DNA of 64,000 nucleotides from a virus, in the IMG/VR virus record IMGVR_UViG_3300035661_000053, positions 8,278 through 72,277 of that record. One strand, 5' to 3'. The notes below the pieces were generated by a model. The model had not been told where the DNA came from. It worked only from the letters and a program-made list of their open reading frames with translations, and did no database searches. Each line of letters begins with the position of its first letter. Position 1 is the first letter of the stretch. The position numbers and the translations under genes were made by a program. Below, in pieces: positions 9,326 through 17,905 of the stretch.

Positions 9326-10930
9326 TTAAGATACGTATACGTTAAAATAAATAGTGTTTTCTGCATCCGAAGATGCAACAAGATCAACGTCAAAAGTACC
9401 ACCTAATGTTATGGTTGCTTCTCGTTTGTCATCATTGACTTCTATGTTCCCTAATTGCGTGAGACCATCCTTGCAGAACACGAGTTTCACCCGTGTACCA
9501 GTAACAGACGGAAGTGAAAGAACAATATCCTCATGCATGACGTATCGCATAGCCTCTATGAGACCACCCACGTCCAAGCTTGAAGCCGTGGCTTTTAGCT
9601 CAACAGTGAAACCACTATACATACTGACACCCCACGTATTCTTCTGTGTCTTTGACTTGATACTCCCGGTGAAATCAACAATATTCATTTCCTGAAAGTA
9701 CACCTCAAGATTATTAGGTATAAAATCAGGCATGTCAAAAAAAGAGGATACTTTTTTTGAATCAAGCGCGGGAATACTATTAGAAGCAAAGCCCATCCGG
9801 GTGTACTGGCTTCCGATTATTTGAGCGATACCCTGAAGATAAGGCATTTGCCTCTCGAAGTTGAATTTCAAATAACGGTCTTTCAAACCAAAACTAAAAT
9901 CGACTTCAAACCCCATACGGGAATCCGCCGCCGTCATGATACCATTATTGGGTAAAACGTCCTGCGCGATAGGGAAAACCATGTAGGTGTTAGAAACTGC
10001 ACGAGCCGCCATGTAGTCCGTGTGTGCCAGGATAGATTTGTTTGTATGAAAATGACAGACGCTATTGACCGGGTCATAGTAGCTATTTGGTGTGGGTGTG
10101 TCTCCTGGACCATGACCATAAGAGCCACGAACCAGCAGCCCTGTTCTCGCGTCAATCAGCTGTATAGCAGTACCCACGTTGACAGTAGGATAGCCCCCAC
10201 CCTCCAGAGTAGTTGGCATCCACGGGGCAACCACAACATAGTACCCTTTAGGAAGAATCACATAGGACTTTCCATTATCATCTGTACTGAAGCCTTCATA
10301 AGGTGGGTTCCCTGATTGGTTTCCTTCAACAGTGAAATTTTGCTTGTACATAACATCATCAACATAGATAACATCACCCGCGCGTAAATTTCTATTCTGC
10401 CATGTACCACTAAAAGCGATATTATATGGGGTACCTTCAACAAAAATTGGAAGCGTTGGTGAGTTTGCCATATCAGCAAACAGGGTCATACCCCAGAGAT
10501 AGCCACTATTCTCTGGATTATCAAACCTGAAGATACCACCTGTGTCCGACGTCATGATTGTCGCGCTCGGTGAGTCAGTGTTACCAGAGGAGACACGATC
10601 ATTCACAATTTTTTTAAGACCAGAGGTGAGTATTGCTACTTCCATGCAGTTTTGTTTTGGTTTTGTCGCGAAAACCCTTTTCAACAATTGGTAGTCTATG
10701 ATCTGCATGGTACCTATTTCAGATTTAAAAGACATTTTGTTGGGATACTTTCTACCTTTGTTATCCGTGAACTCATCAACGTTGACTATGGTGAAATTCC
10801 CAGATTGCCTGGTACCTAAACCCATAACAGGAGAATTTGAATCCTTGCTCAAATTCTCTTGGAGGCTTCTTTCCGAGAAAGCGCCATCACCGAGAAAGCA
10901 TTCTTTAATACCCGCGTTAACAGTATTCAT
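9326..10930 (-). CDS. Major tail/tube-like protein, paralog 1, with larger inserted domain
   Basis: Follows the tail terminator-like gene. Paralog of 7887..9041 with a roughly 200-aa unrelated central insert. Confidence 0.65.
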   Translation of the reverse strand: MNTVNAGIKECFLGDGAFSERSLQENLSKDSNSPVMGLGTRQSGNFTIVNVDEFTDNKGRKYPNKMSFKSEIGTMQIIDYQLLKRVFATKPKQNCMEVAILTSGLKKIVNDRVSSGNTDSPSATIMTSDTGGIFRFDNPENSGYLWGMTLFADMANSPTLPIFVEGTPYNIAFSGTWQNRNLRAGDVIYVDDVMYKQNFTVEGNQSGNPPYEGFSTDDNGKSYVILPKGYYVVVAPWMPTTLEGGGYPTVNVGTAIQLIDARTGLLVRGSYGHGPGDTPTPNSYYDPVNSVCHFHTNKSILAHTDYMAARAVSNTYMVFPIAQDVLPNNGIMTAADSRMGFEVDFSFGLKDRYLKFNFERQMPYLQGIAQIIGSQYTRMGFASNSIPALDSKKVSSFFDMPDFIPNNLEVYFQEMNIVDFTGSIKSKTQKNTWGVSMYSGFTVELKATASSLDVGGLIEAMRYVMHEDIVLSLPSVTGTRVKLVFCKDGLTQLGNIEVNDDKREATITLGGTFDVDLVASSDAENTIYFNVYVS

Positions 10931-10945
10931 TTTTTTCCTTAAGTT

Positions 10946-11401
10946 TTAGTTATTAATTCTTTGATCAAACACGAGAGTTGCACCACTCATTTGCATTTTG
11001 TCATCAAACTCATAGTCATCATAAGTGAGAGACACGAAATTATAGGCTATGTCTGGCCGATACGCGAAAGCGTACACGAGCTTCTTGACCACGTTGGTTA
11101 TTCGTGCCTTGTATTCTCGCCACGGAGAACCTATGGAGGGGCTTAGAATTTTTAGTCGTATTTGCCGTGTGCCGTATGCTAAATTTCCTTTCGCGCTTAT
11201 TCCCGTTGGAAAAACGCCGGAGGCCTCAACAATAATCCCAACCTTAAAAGTATTGTCACCATTATCAAAATCAAAGACCTCGTCGGGGTCTATGGATATA
11301 AATGCTTCTGTAGCCGTGATGCTTGTTTCCAAATATTCTTTCAGATCATCCAATACTGGGACAACATCGACCCAATCAAAAAAACTCATATCTACTGGCA
11401 T
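10946..11401 (-). CDS. Putative tail terminator/completion protein
   Basis: 151 aa, acidic, between the gp10-like and tube genes; call rests on synteny. Confidence 0.5.
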   Translation of the reverse strand: MPVDMSFFDWVDVVPVLDDLKEYLETSITATEAFISIDPDEVFDFDNGDNTFKVGIIVEASGVFPTGISAKGNLAYGTRQIRLKILSPSIGSPWREYKARITNVVKKLVYAFAYRPDIAYNFVSLTYDDYEFDDKMQMSGATLVFDQRINN

Positions 11402-11928
11402 TATGATATTCCCGTGTAATCCAAGTTTACTCTTTCTTTAACAAGAGACTCAACCATTTCTTTAATGGGTGGTACAGAGAGCTCAACATAATTAAAAGGT
11501 GGAATACCTTTTTTACCAATATGCCTGCGAATGAGGAAAAGAGTTCTTTGCAAATCCCTTTCATAATCATTCCCGGATTTTCTGCGATAAGACCGCCCAT
11601 TTATCTTAGCATCATGGCGTATAACAATGTGTTTCGCTTTAAGCCAAGCCTCAAGAGCATCAGCAGGTGGCATAGTTGACATAGCACGCCTACCATTAAT
11701 AATGTTATGACTTTTAGGTAATGCAGAAAAGATTTCTATGTACACCTGTGACTGACTGAGTAGCCGTATTTCAGACTGTATGGAATTCAACAGCTGTCCC
11801 GTGGCTACCTTATGGTTCTCCTCGATGATTCGCTTTGTTATCGCCACGCCATTATTGGCTATCTTATTAGCCAGTTTACGCATATGATAGACTATTCGTC
11901 TTCGTAAAGTTATAGTAACGTCAGCCAT
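11401..11928 (-). CDS. HK97 gp10-like tail completion/neck protein
   Basis: Basic 175 aa with VATGQLLNSI, MPPADALEAWLKAK and IGKKGIPP motifs typical of this family. Confidence 0.65.
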   Translation of the reverse strand: MADVTITLRRRIVYHMRKLANKIANNGVAITKRIIEENHKVATGQLLNSIQSEIRLLSQSQVYIEIFSALPKSHNIINGRRAMSTMPPADALEAWLKAKHIVIRHDAKINGRSYRRKSGNDYERDLQRTLFLIRRHIGKKGIPPFNYVELSVPPIKEMVESLVKERVNLDYTGIS

Positions 11929-11953
11929 GAGTCTTTCTTGTTTTTCGTTATGC

Positions 11954-11985
11954 CAAAGTTACTGCTTTTTAAGCAATTAAATCAA
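11954..11985 (-). promoter_or_regulatory. Candidate Bacteroidota-type promoter for the tail operon
   Basis: TTG-N21-TAACTTTG on the minus strand just upstream of 11928; resembles TTTG-N19-21-TAnnTTTG. Confidence 0.4.
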
Positions 11986-11988
11986 TTT

Positions 11989-13026
11989 TTAACTTTTAGA
12001 AGGAACCTTCGCCATATTTAGCACTTCAGATACAGGATTCACTACCTCTGCCGCGGGCAATTGCTGAACAGCCACCGGGGCCAGGGCAGACCGTCCTTGC
12101 AGGAGATCACCAAATAAAGTGGCAAGAATACCCGTGCCTTTTGACCCGGTAGCTTTTATCTCGATAGATTGCGTGTTGTCTGAATTTAGATTTTCAACAT
12201 TAAACATAAGCTGGGATAGTACACTTATCTCGTTTGTTAAATTCTTGTCAAGAACGCCACCATCAATTTTCTCATTCAGGACTGCACGCATAACACGCTC
12301 CTTTTGGATATTAACAAGAACACGCATACCAGTTTTAGTATCACTAAAATCAGTATCCAGCGAAAAATTAAAAACGCAAGATTGATTCACCACAAATTTA
12401 GGGCACCGTCCAGCAAGATAGCAAGTGTTGCAAACAATGAGGTCATCCTGTAATAACGGGTTGGCTTCTATCTTCCGCACCTCGATCGTCTGGGAACCTC
12501 CTTGACTTTTAAGCTCACGGGTAAGCATGTTGAAACAATGATTGTAGAATTGCTTCTTTGTCACGCATAAACCACAGTCACGGGGACAGTCTGTGCCATT
12601 TTTTTCATGCGTTGTGAATAGCCATTGTCTTGCTTCTTCATTTGAAGGAGAAAGGAAGAAAGATTGTATTTCACCTTCTGTCTGTATCTGATAGAATTCT
12701 ACTGGATTCACAACGAGTTTATCAACCTTCTTTTGTATGACAGTATCCTTCTTCCCCTCGTTACAAGAATGACAGAGCGTCTCCAAATTCGTGAGGTCAT
12801 TTGTCCCTCCAGCTGAAAGCGGCACAATGTGATCTATTACCAATTCTACCGTGGGATCAGTTTTTGGAGATGCACCGCAGCGTTTACAACGATGCTGATC
12901 TCTTTCAAGAATCTCGAACCTTAACTTGTGAGTTATCTCATTACGAAGCTTTTTCTTCTCCTTCGTGGTTAATTTCTTGCTGTCTTCTTCTGCTTGCTTC
13001 TTTTTCTGCTCTTTAAGTGTTGCCAT
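11989..13026 (-). CDS. HNH endonuclease fused to a Cys-rich domain and a helical C-terminal domain
   Basis: CKRCG...DHIVPLSAGGTNDLTNLETLCHSCN is an HNH motif. Extra CPRDCGLC and CNTC-x5-C-x8-C clusters follow. Start probably MATLKE at 13026 (ORF track gives 13074). Confidence 0.75.
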   Translation of the reverse strand: MATLKEQKKKQAEEDSKKLTTKEKKKLRNEITHKLRFEILERDQHRCKRCGASPKTDPTVELVIDHIVPLSAGGTNDLTNLETLCHSCNEGKKDTVIQKKVDKLVVNPVEFYQIQTEGEIQSFFLSPSNEEARQWLFTTHEKNGTDCPRDCGLCVTKKQFYNHCFNMLTRELKSQGGSQTIEVRKIEANPLLQDDLIVCNTCYLAGRCPKFVVNQSCVFNFSLDTDFSDTKTGMRVLVNIQKERVMRAVLNEKIDGGVLDKNLTNEISVLSQLMFNVENLNSDNTQSIEIKATGSKGTGILATLFGDLLQGRSALAPVAVQQLPAAEVVNPVSEVLNMAKVPSKS

Positions 13027-14005
13027 TTTCTTCTTTCTTTTTCTTTCGTCTACCACGTCGGCCTTTCGGCGCAACCTTTGGTGCTACACCGTGCATTACT
13101 TCAAGCTCATTTGGTGTACACATGTAAAAAGGATTCGTTTTAATGAAATCGCGTTCTGCTTCAGTGAGCCACCATTGTCTATTCAGTGTTCTCCTGTTAA
13201 AATTTTTCTCATTCATAAGCCAAGCATTGATATTGAATTTATTCACCTGCCGAGTATTATCATCCATGAATTTGCCAAAGTCAACACCCCATTTATGGCA
13301 GGTACGAAATTGCTGTCTACGAATAGCTTCCTTCTTCGTGTAATCAATCGTCTCAAAGAAACTCCCATTCCAGACATATGTGATGCCATATTTACCACCA
13401 CTAAAATACGTGGTTGAATCAGCACTAAACAAGGGAAATTTATCAAATGACACGAAGTTTGTCATAGCGAACCCATGAACCAATTTCCTGTACCTGTAGG
13501 AGAGATTGTATACTTGCTCAAAGTATCCAGTATCAGTTTTTGAATTGATACCACCTGATGCACCTATAAAGTTATAACGATCAAAGTATTCGTAAAGATT
13601 CTTGTATGGTAGGCTATAATCGTGAGTGACATAGCAGACTCGCTGACCTTCTTTCTCCAATTGCTCAAATTCTTTATTCCAATCATAGACCTGTTTGTCC
13701 CCCACAAGCAGGTTAACATCATAGTTAGCGACCCAAAAGAGTCTCCCAATATACTTGGATGCGAAATTGAGATAGTCTGAAAGATATTTGACATGGTTAA
13801 TTTTCTCGTGATTATCTTGTGCTTTTGAGAACATGGTGAAAGCCCCAGAATCAAGAACAACGAGAGGAAACATATCGAGAACTTCGTCAAAGGGAACACC
13901 CTTGTCAATAATATAGTAATAGGACATCAGGACTTTCTTGACTCCCGCGCTATAGCAATCATTCCTGATCTGCCTGTCTTCCACACCCGCGAATATTAAT
14001 TCCAT
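13013..14005 (-). CDS. DpdA/TGT-like deazaguanine transglycosylase
   Basis: LDSGAFT, NYDV, VTH, VHGFAMT and SADSTTY motifs of phage TGT-fold proteins, within a que gene cluster; basic C-terminal tail. Confidence 0.75.
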   Translation of the reverse strand: MELIFAGVEDRQIRNDCYSAGVKKVLMSYYYIIDKGVPFDEVLDMFPLVVLDSGAFTMFSKAQDNHEKINHVKYLSDYLNFASKYIGRLFWVANYDVNLLVGDKQVYDWNKEFEQLEKEGQRVCYVTHDYSLPYKNLYEYFDRYNFIGASGGINSKTDTGYFEQVYNLSYRYRKLVHGFAMTNFVSFDKFPLFSADSTTYFSGGKYGITYVWNGSFFETIDYTKKEAIRRQQFRTCHKWGVDFGKFMDDNTRQVNKFNINAWLMNEKNFNRRTLNRQWWLTEAERDFIKTNPFYMCTPNELEVMHGVAPKVAPKGRRGRRKKKKEENGNT

Positions 14006-14009
14006 TTTC

Positions 14010-14984
14010 TCACCCGTGACAATCCATAGGATTTATAAGACGTTCGTACACATTTTTTGCTGAGAAATGATTCACCACCATTTCCAAACTAAGAAAGCCT
14101 GCCTCATCAGTCCTTTGAGCTTTATAAAGATCAGCTTGAAGAATATCCGAGTACAGGAAATTCCGTGGAAACAGATCATGATAAGAACCAACATCTCGGC
14201 ATAAAGGGATAGTCCCTGTTGCGACAGCATCCATAACGGAAAGGCCAAAGGACTCACAAAAGGCTGTGCTCACGATAATCTCGCAAGTGGATGCAAGCTT
14301 CTGGTATTCCTCCGAAGTAAGTCCCACGTGTAACTCCATATTAGGATGTTCCTTTGCTAGAGTTTCCGCCACGGATAAGGGTATTCGTCTCGTGCAAACA
14401 TGAAATTCAAAATCAGGAAATTCACGCATTAGTTTTTGAAAATCAGGAAATCCTTTTACAGGATTGTTAATATCATTTCCTGCCCAAATAACCGTCTTGC
14501 TTCTTTTAATAGAGGCATTCTGAAAAGGAAGCAAGGGGCAACCAATAGACCTATATTGTGATTCATGCAAACCATAAGATAAAGCTGTTGAAGAAGTTGA
14601 CACGAGCATCGGTGTACAAAGAGAATTTTGCTTATAGTACGCTGGAGCGTGCACATAATCTTGATAATCCTTTGACACGTGCACGTATATCTCAAAAGGA
14701 ATTTCCCTATCAAGACCAATCATTTGTTGGAAGGGCAATTGCATAGAATCCAAGAAAATTATTTTCTCGATGTTCTCATGCCCGATCATTTCTACTTTCC
14801 CACGCAATTCAAGCATTGATTTATAACCATAATAAGCAAGGTTTTCAAACAACGTTGAGTTGCTCAAAACGGAGATAGGCTCCCCATAAAAAAGGACACG
14901 ATTATCCGCGACAGCCTCAAGACGTTCCTGAAAATCCTTGCTCCAAGAATCAGCAGTCTTATGCAACCTGTTTATTAAAATCAT
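14010..14984 (-). CDS. GT-B (GT4-like) glycosyltransferase
   Basis: KGFPDF and STAFCESFGLSVMDAVATGTIPL (E-x7-D/E nucleotide-sugar motif). Confidence 0.8.
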   Translation of the reverse strand: MILINRLHKTADSWSKDFQERLEAVADNRVLFYGEPISVLSNSTLFENLAYYGYKSMLELRGKVEMIGHENIEKIIFLDSMQLPFQQMIGLDREIPFEIYVHVSKDYQDYVHAPAYYKQNSLCTPMLVSTSSTALSYGLHESQYRSIGCPLLPFQNASIKRSKTVIWAGNDINNPVKGFPDFQKLMREFPDFEFHVCTRRIPLSVAETLAKEHPNMELHVGLTSEEYQKLASTCEIIVSTAFCESFGLSVMDAVATGTIPLCRDVGSYHDLFPRNFLYSDILQADLYKAQRTDEAGFLSLEMVVNHFSAKNVYERLINPMDCHG

Positions 14985-15118
14985 TCAGCCACCTCACCCA
15001 CCCCGGCATTTGGCTCCAGGTACTCTAAAGTAACATGGGGGTCACCATTGGAAGAACCACGTGCACGTATGAATTTTATCCTTTTACCTTCAAGTTTATC
15101 TTCTTTTTTCTCGTCCAT
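14981..15118 (-). CDS. Small hypothetical protein
   Basis: MDEKKEDKLEGKRIKF..., fills the gap between QueC and the glycosyltransferase with an ATGA overlap. Confidence 0.4.
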   Translation of the reverse strand: MDEKKEDKLEGKRIKFIRARGSSNGDPHVTLEYLEPNAGVGEVAE

Positions 15119-15863
15119 GCGTAATTTCTTTCGTAATAAATAGTCGTGTTTTCTTAGCAATAGCATCCTTTATGCGGTGCTGTCTTTTCTCGCTATACTT
15201 ATTTAGGTTCTCCAAGTAAGTACGCGCCGTGGTTGACTCAGCAGGATTCACCGCGAAATTTCCTGTAATATCATTGTTTGCCAGAGCAACAAATTTTCGA
15301 AAGCAAGCCGGGCAATTACCACATTCAATAAAACCCGAGTTACTACGAACCGGGCTATAGCAAGAATGTGTACTCACGAGCGAAGCTATGCCAGACTTGC
15401 CATAATTTTCAATGTACCAATGAACCATGTCTGTTTTGTCCATGTGCACGAAAGGAGACTCCACGATGATATTTTTCCCGGACAGACTTGTAAGAAGCGT
15501 GCTCATGTTCATCATAAATTCTTGTGTCCTGTCAGGGATACTCATTTCATCCTCCTGAACAATAAGAGCAATCATGTAGCTGTTTGCTGCCGGGTATTCA
15601 CGAAGTGCCATACTCGTTGCAACATGGCAAAGATAAGAATTCCGAAGGGGGATTTCAGCGTCATTTTTTTCGAATGCCCCAATGTGCATGCCCGGGGCAT
15701 AATGTATTTTTCCTACATGATTTGTCCTCATAATGGACTTCATCTCAGCTTCCTGGTACCTATGCCCAAGAGGAACGTATACCCGCATATCGGGTTTCAA
15801 GTAAGCAGAAGCAATAAAGGAGTCAAGACCACCACTATACAGTAGGACTTTCTTTGGCTTCAT
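15096..15863 (-). CDS. queC: 7-cyano-7-deazaguanine synthase
   Basis: YSGGLDS PP-loop, IPLRN, PDR, SPF...K, SCY...CGNCPAC Zn site. Start MKPKK at 15863 behind GGAAGGAGG. Confidence 0.9.
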   Translation of the reverse strand: MKPKKVLLYSGGLDSFIASAYLKPDMRVYVPLGHRYQEAEMKSIMRTNHVGKIHYAPGMHIGAFEKNDAEIPLRNSYLCHVATSMALREYPAANSYMIALIVQEDEMSIPDRTQEFMMNMSTLLTSLSGKNIIVESPFVHMDKTDMVHWYIENYGKSGIASLVSTHSCYSPVRSNSGFIECGNCPACFRKFVALANNDITGNFAVNPAESTTARTYLENLNKYSEKRQHRIKDAIAKKTRLFITKEITHGREKRR

Positions 15864-16623
15864 AATAATCACTAACCTCCTTCCGCATACCTTTCCAATG
15901 CTCGTTAAAAAAAGGCTCATAGCAACCTATATGCCACGCGGTCGCCTGACCCAATTGCACCCGTTTATCCTCCGGTATACTCAAGAATAATTCCGTGTCA
16001 TAACCACGTTCACCTTTTTTATAGGCTATGAATGACTCGTAGAGAGCTAAAAAGCAATCTCTTTTTATAATATACGTACCCGAGACACCATACGCCGGAC
16101 CAACATGATCAAAACGAACCTTGCCATACATCTTAAGTGGAATGTCCTTCCTCAAAATAATGTCGGTACCATCGGGGTTTGAAAAAACCTTGTCCGTGTA
16201 ATCCGGGAAGCCACGTGCATTCTCGACATCAACCGTGGATATGACTATCATATCAGGGGTACATTTTTTGTCACTATCCAATTTTTCCATTGCTTCGACT
16301 ATTTTCTGAAAGTCATTTTGAGCGATCAAAACATCGTCATCAAGCACGAGAAAAACGTCATACCCCTCGTGCGACAGAGCCCATCGTGCTTTCGCCGCGG
16401 GCATGGAGACATCATGAGAAACAAGGTGCACGTCAATAAGGTGTTTGTTTCGTTTAGCAATTGCGAATTCCGTTTTGAAGAATTTCGCGAAATCCATCGA
16501 GTACGTGAGAATTTCCCACTCTATACTTATGCTCGTCGTGTTCAACAAGAGATTCGTCATAACCTTTGAGAACATGGCAAAGCGATCCTCCCGAACCATC
16601 GTTAAAATTTTAGCTGTTTGCAT
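15835..16623 (-). CDS. GT-A (GT2-like) glycosyltransferase
   Basis: AKAR...YDVFLVLDDDVLI DxD motif, GYDTEL and late WH motifs. Confidence 0.65.
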   Translation of the reverse strand: MQTAKILTMVREDRFAMFSKVMTNLLLNTTSISIEWEILTYSMDFAKFFKTEFAIAKRNKHLIDVHLVSHDVSMPAAKARWALSHEGYDVFLVLDDDVLIAQNDFQKIVEAMEKLDSDKKCTPDMIVISTVDVENARGFPDYTDKVFSNPDGTDIILRKDIPLKMYGKVRFDHVGPAYGVSGTYIIKRDCFLALYESFIAYKKGERGYDTELFLSIPEDKRVQLGQATAWHIGCYEPFFNEHWKGMRKEVSDYYEAKESPTV

Positions 16624-17654
16624 GTATTAATTTTCCTTAAAAATTCCAGTAAAGCAGGTTTATCAGAATAATGCTGAAGGAGTGATGCTTCAACACTTGC
16701 CCCGTCTTCTTCCCTCGTTACTTCCTTGTACATTTTTCTGTCAAAACCATGCAATTTTTTATTCGCGCCCATCAAGTAAAGAGTATCACATTTGAAGCAG
16801 TGATAGCAAAAATCCATGAAGTCTTCACTATTACAATGAGCGAAGTCTACCTTCATCTTCTTGAGGGTCTCCAGAATAGTCAAAGAATCCATGTGACTTA
16901 TTGGAGAAGCAACATGCTTACCCGCGTGGGAAAGAGAATTATAATAAGCTTTCATATCAAAGCCTTGAACAAGAATTAGATTATCCCAAACCTCCTTTTC
17001 ATAGCCAACAAGAATATTTTGTCCGTTATAAAAAATAGGATACGCAAATTCAACGAGCACTTCTTTATAATATCTGTCATCCCCAAGAGCCCTTCTAAGT
17101 AATGAAAACATACTCCCCTCTATAACAAAGTCACTCCTTCTTCTATCAGTTACCCCGAAAAACTCCGCGTACATAACTCTTATGCTTTCTGGTACGTTTG
17201 AATTGAGGTAAGAAATCATGGTGCTATCCTTACCACCAGAATACATTACCAAAAAAGGATAGACACTTTTTGTAGAGTCCTCAATGTTCAAACCATGATA
17301 AGAGACCTCCTTAAAAATTATTTTTTTATCCCGATTTTGTAATATTTCCAAATAGCTAATAACAACAGAAAACATTCTTTTATTCAGAAAATAAGGAACC
17401 TCAATCTCTGCCTCATCATAAACGTAAAGGCAATACAGTAGAACATAATTGAGTTTATTCAAAAAAGGAGAGGTCTTGTGGTAAATAGCCTCTATTGATT
17501 TGAAGCCATCCTCATGCGAAACTATAACACGAGTCAACTCTGGATTAGAGCCGAAGTCCAAGCGTACGTGCTTCAAAGTTTTATCCGAAATTATGTAACA
17601 AATATTAGTGTAATATACTGTTTTTATTTTATACAAAAAATACTCTTTGGGCAT
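16602..17654 (-). CDS. Second QueC-family PP-loop ATPase with N-terminal extension
   Basis: MYSGGKDS PP-loop preceded by about 130 extra residues; SPI motif; C-x8-C-x2-C-x2-C (CNSEDFMDFCYHCFKC) QueC-type Zn site. Start uncertain: 17654 likely because 17693 lies upstream of a terminator. Confidence 0.7.
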   Translation of the reverse strand: MPKEYFLYKIKTVYYTNICYIISDKTLKHVRLDFGSNPELTRVIVSHEDGFKSIEAIYHKTSPFLNKLNYVLLYCLYVYDEAEIEVPYFLNKRMFSVVISYLEILQNRDKKIIFKEVSYHGLNIEDSTKSVYPFLVMYSGGKDSTMISYLNSNVPESIRVMYAEFFGVTDRRRSDFVIEGSMFSLLRRALGDDRYYKEVLVEFAYPIFYNGQNILVGYEKEVWDNLILVQGFDMKAYYNSLSHAGKHVASPISHMDSLTILETLKKMKVDFAHCNSEDFMDFCYHCFKCDTLYLMGANKKLHGFDRKMYKEVTREEDGASVEASLLQHYSDKPALLEFLRKINTCKQLKF

Positions 17655-17655
17655 T

Positions 17656-17681
17656 AAAAAACCCGCCATAACAGCGGGTTT
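17656..17681 (-). terminator. Intrinsic terminator after the basic peptide gene
   Basis: AAACCCGC-TGTTATG-GCGGGTTT-TTT on the minus strand. Confidence 0.7.
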
Positions 17682-17710
17682 GAGAAGAAGCATAGGAAAT
17701 TTTGGGAGGC

Positions 17711-17842
17711 TTATTTGCCGCGTGCCCTTTTACCTACTTTAGGATTGGACTTGCTATTTACTTTGCCGCCCCGTGCCGGAGTGGCTTTGCCTTTCGCGGC
17801 AATCATCTTTCCTGCCGGTTTGCCTTTCGCGGAGTTACCCAT
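17711..17842 (-). CDS. 43-aa Lys/Gly/Ala-rich basic peptide (histone-tail-like)
   Basis: Too short for the ORF track: MGNSAKGKPAGKMIAAKGKATPARGGKVNSKSNPKVGKRARGK. GAAAGG Shine-Dalgarno upstream, terminator downstream, GC-rich relative to its flanks. Confidence 0.75.
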   Translation of the reverse strand: MGNSAKGKPAGKMIAAKGKATPARGGKVNSKSNPKVGKRARGK

Positions 17843-17905
17843 TTTCGTGACCTTTCATGTTAGAGATTAAGTTATTTTTTGCACTGCACAAAATTACCAT
17901 GAACG

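Noticed and set aside
7887-10930. Diversity-generating retroelement behind the tail paralogs
   Set aside because: No reverse transcriptase, and similarity is at diverged protein level rather than a near-identical adenine-variable repeat pair.
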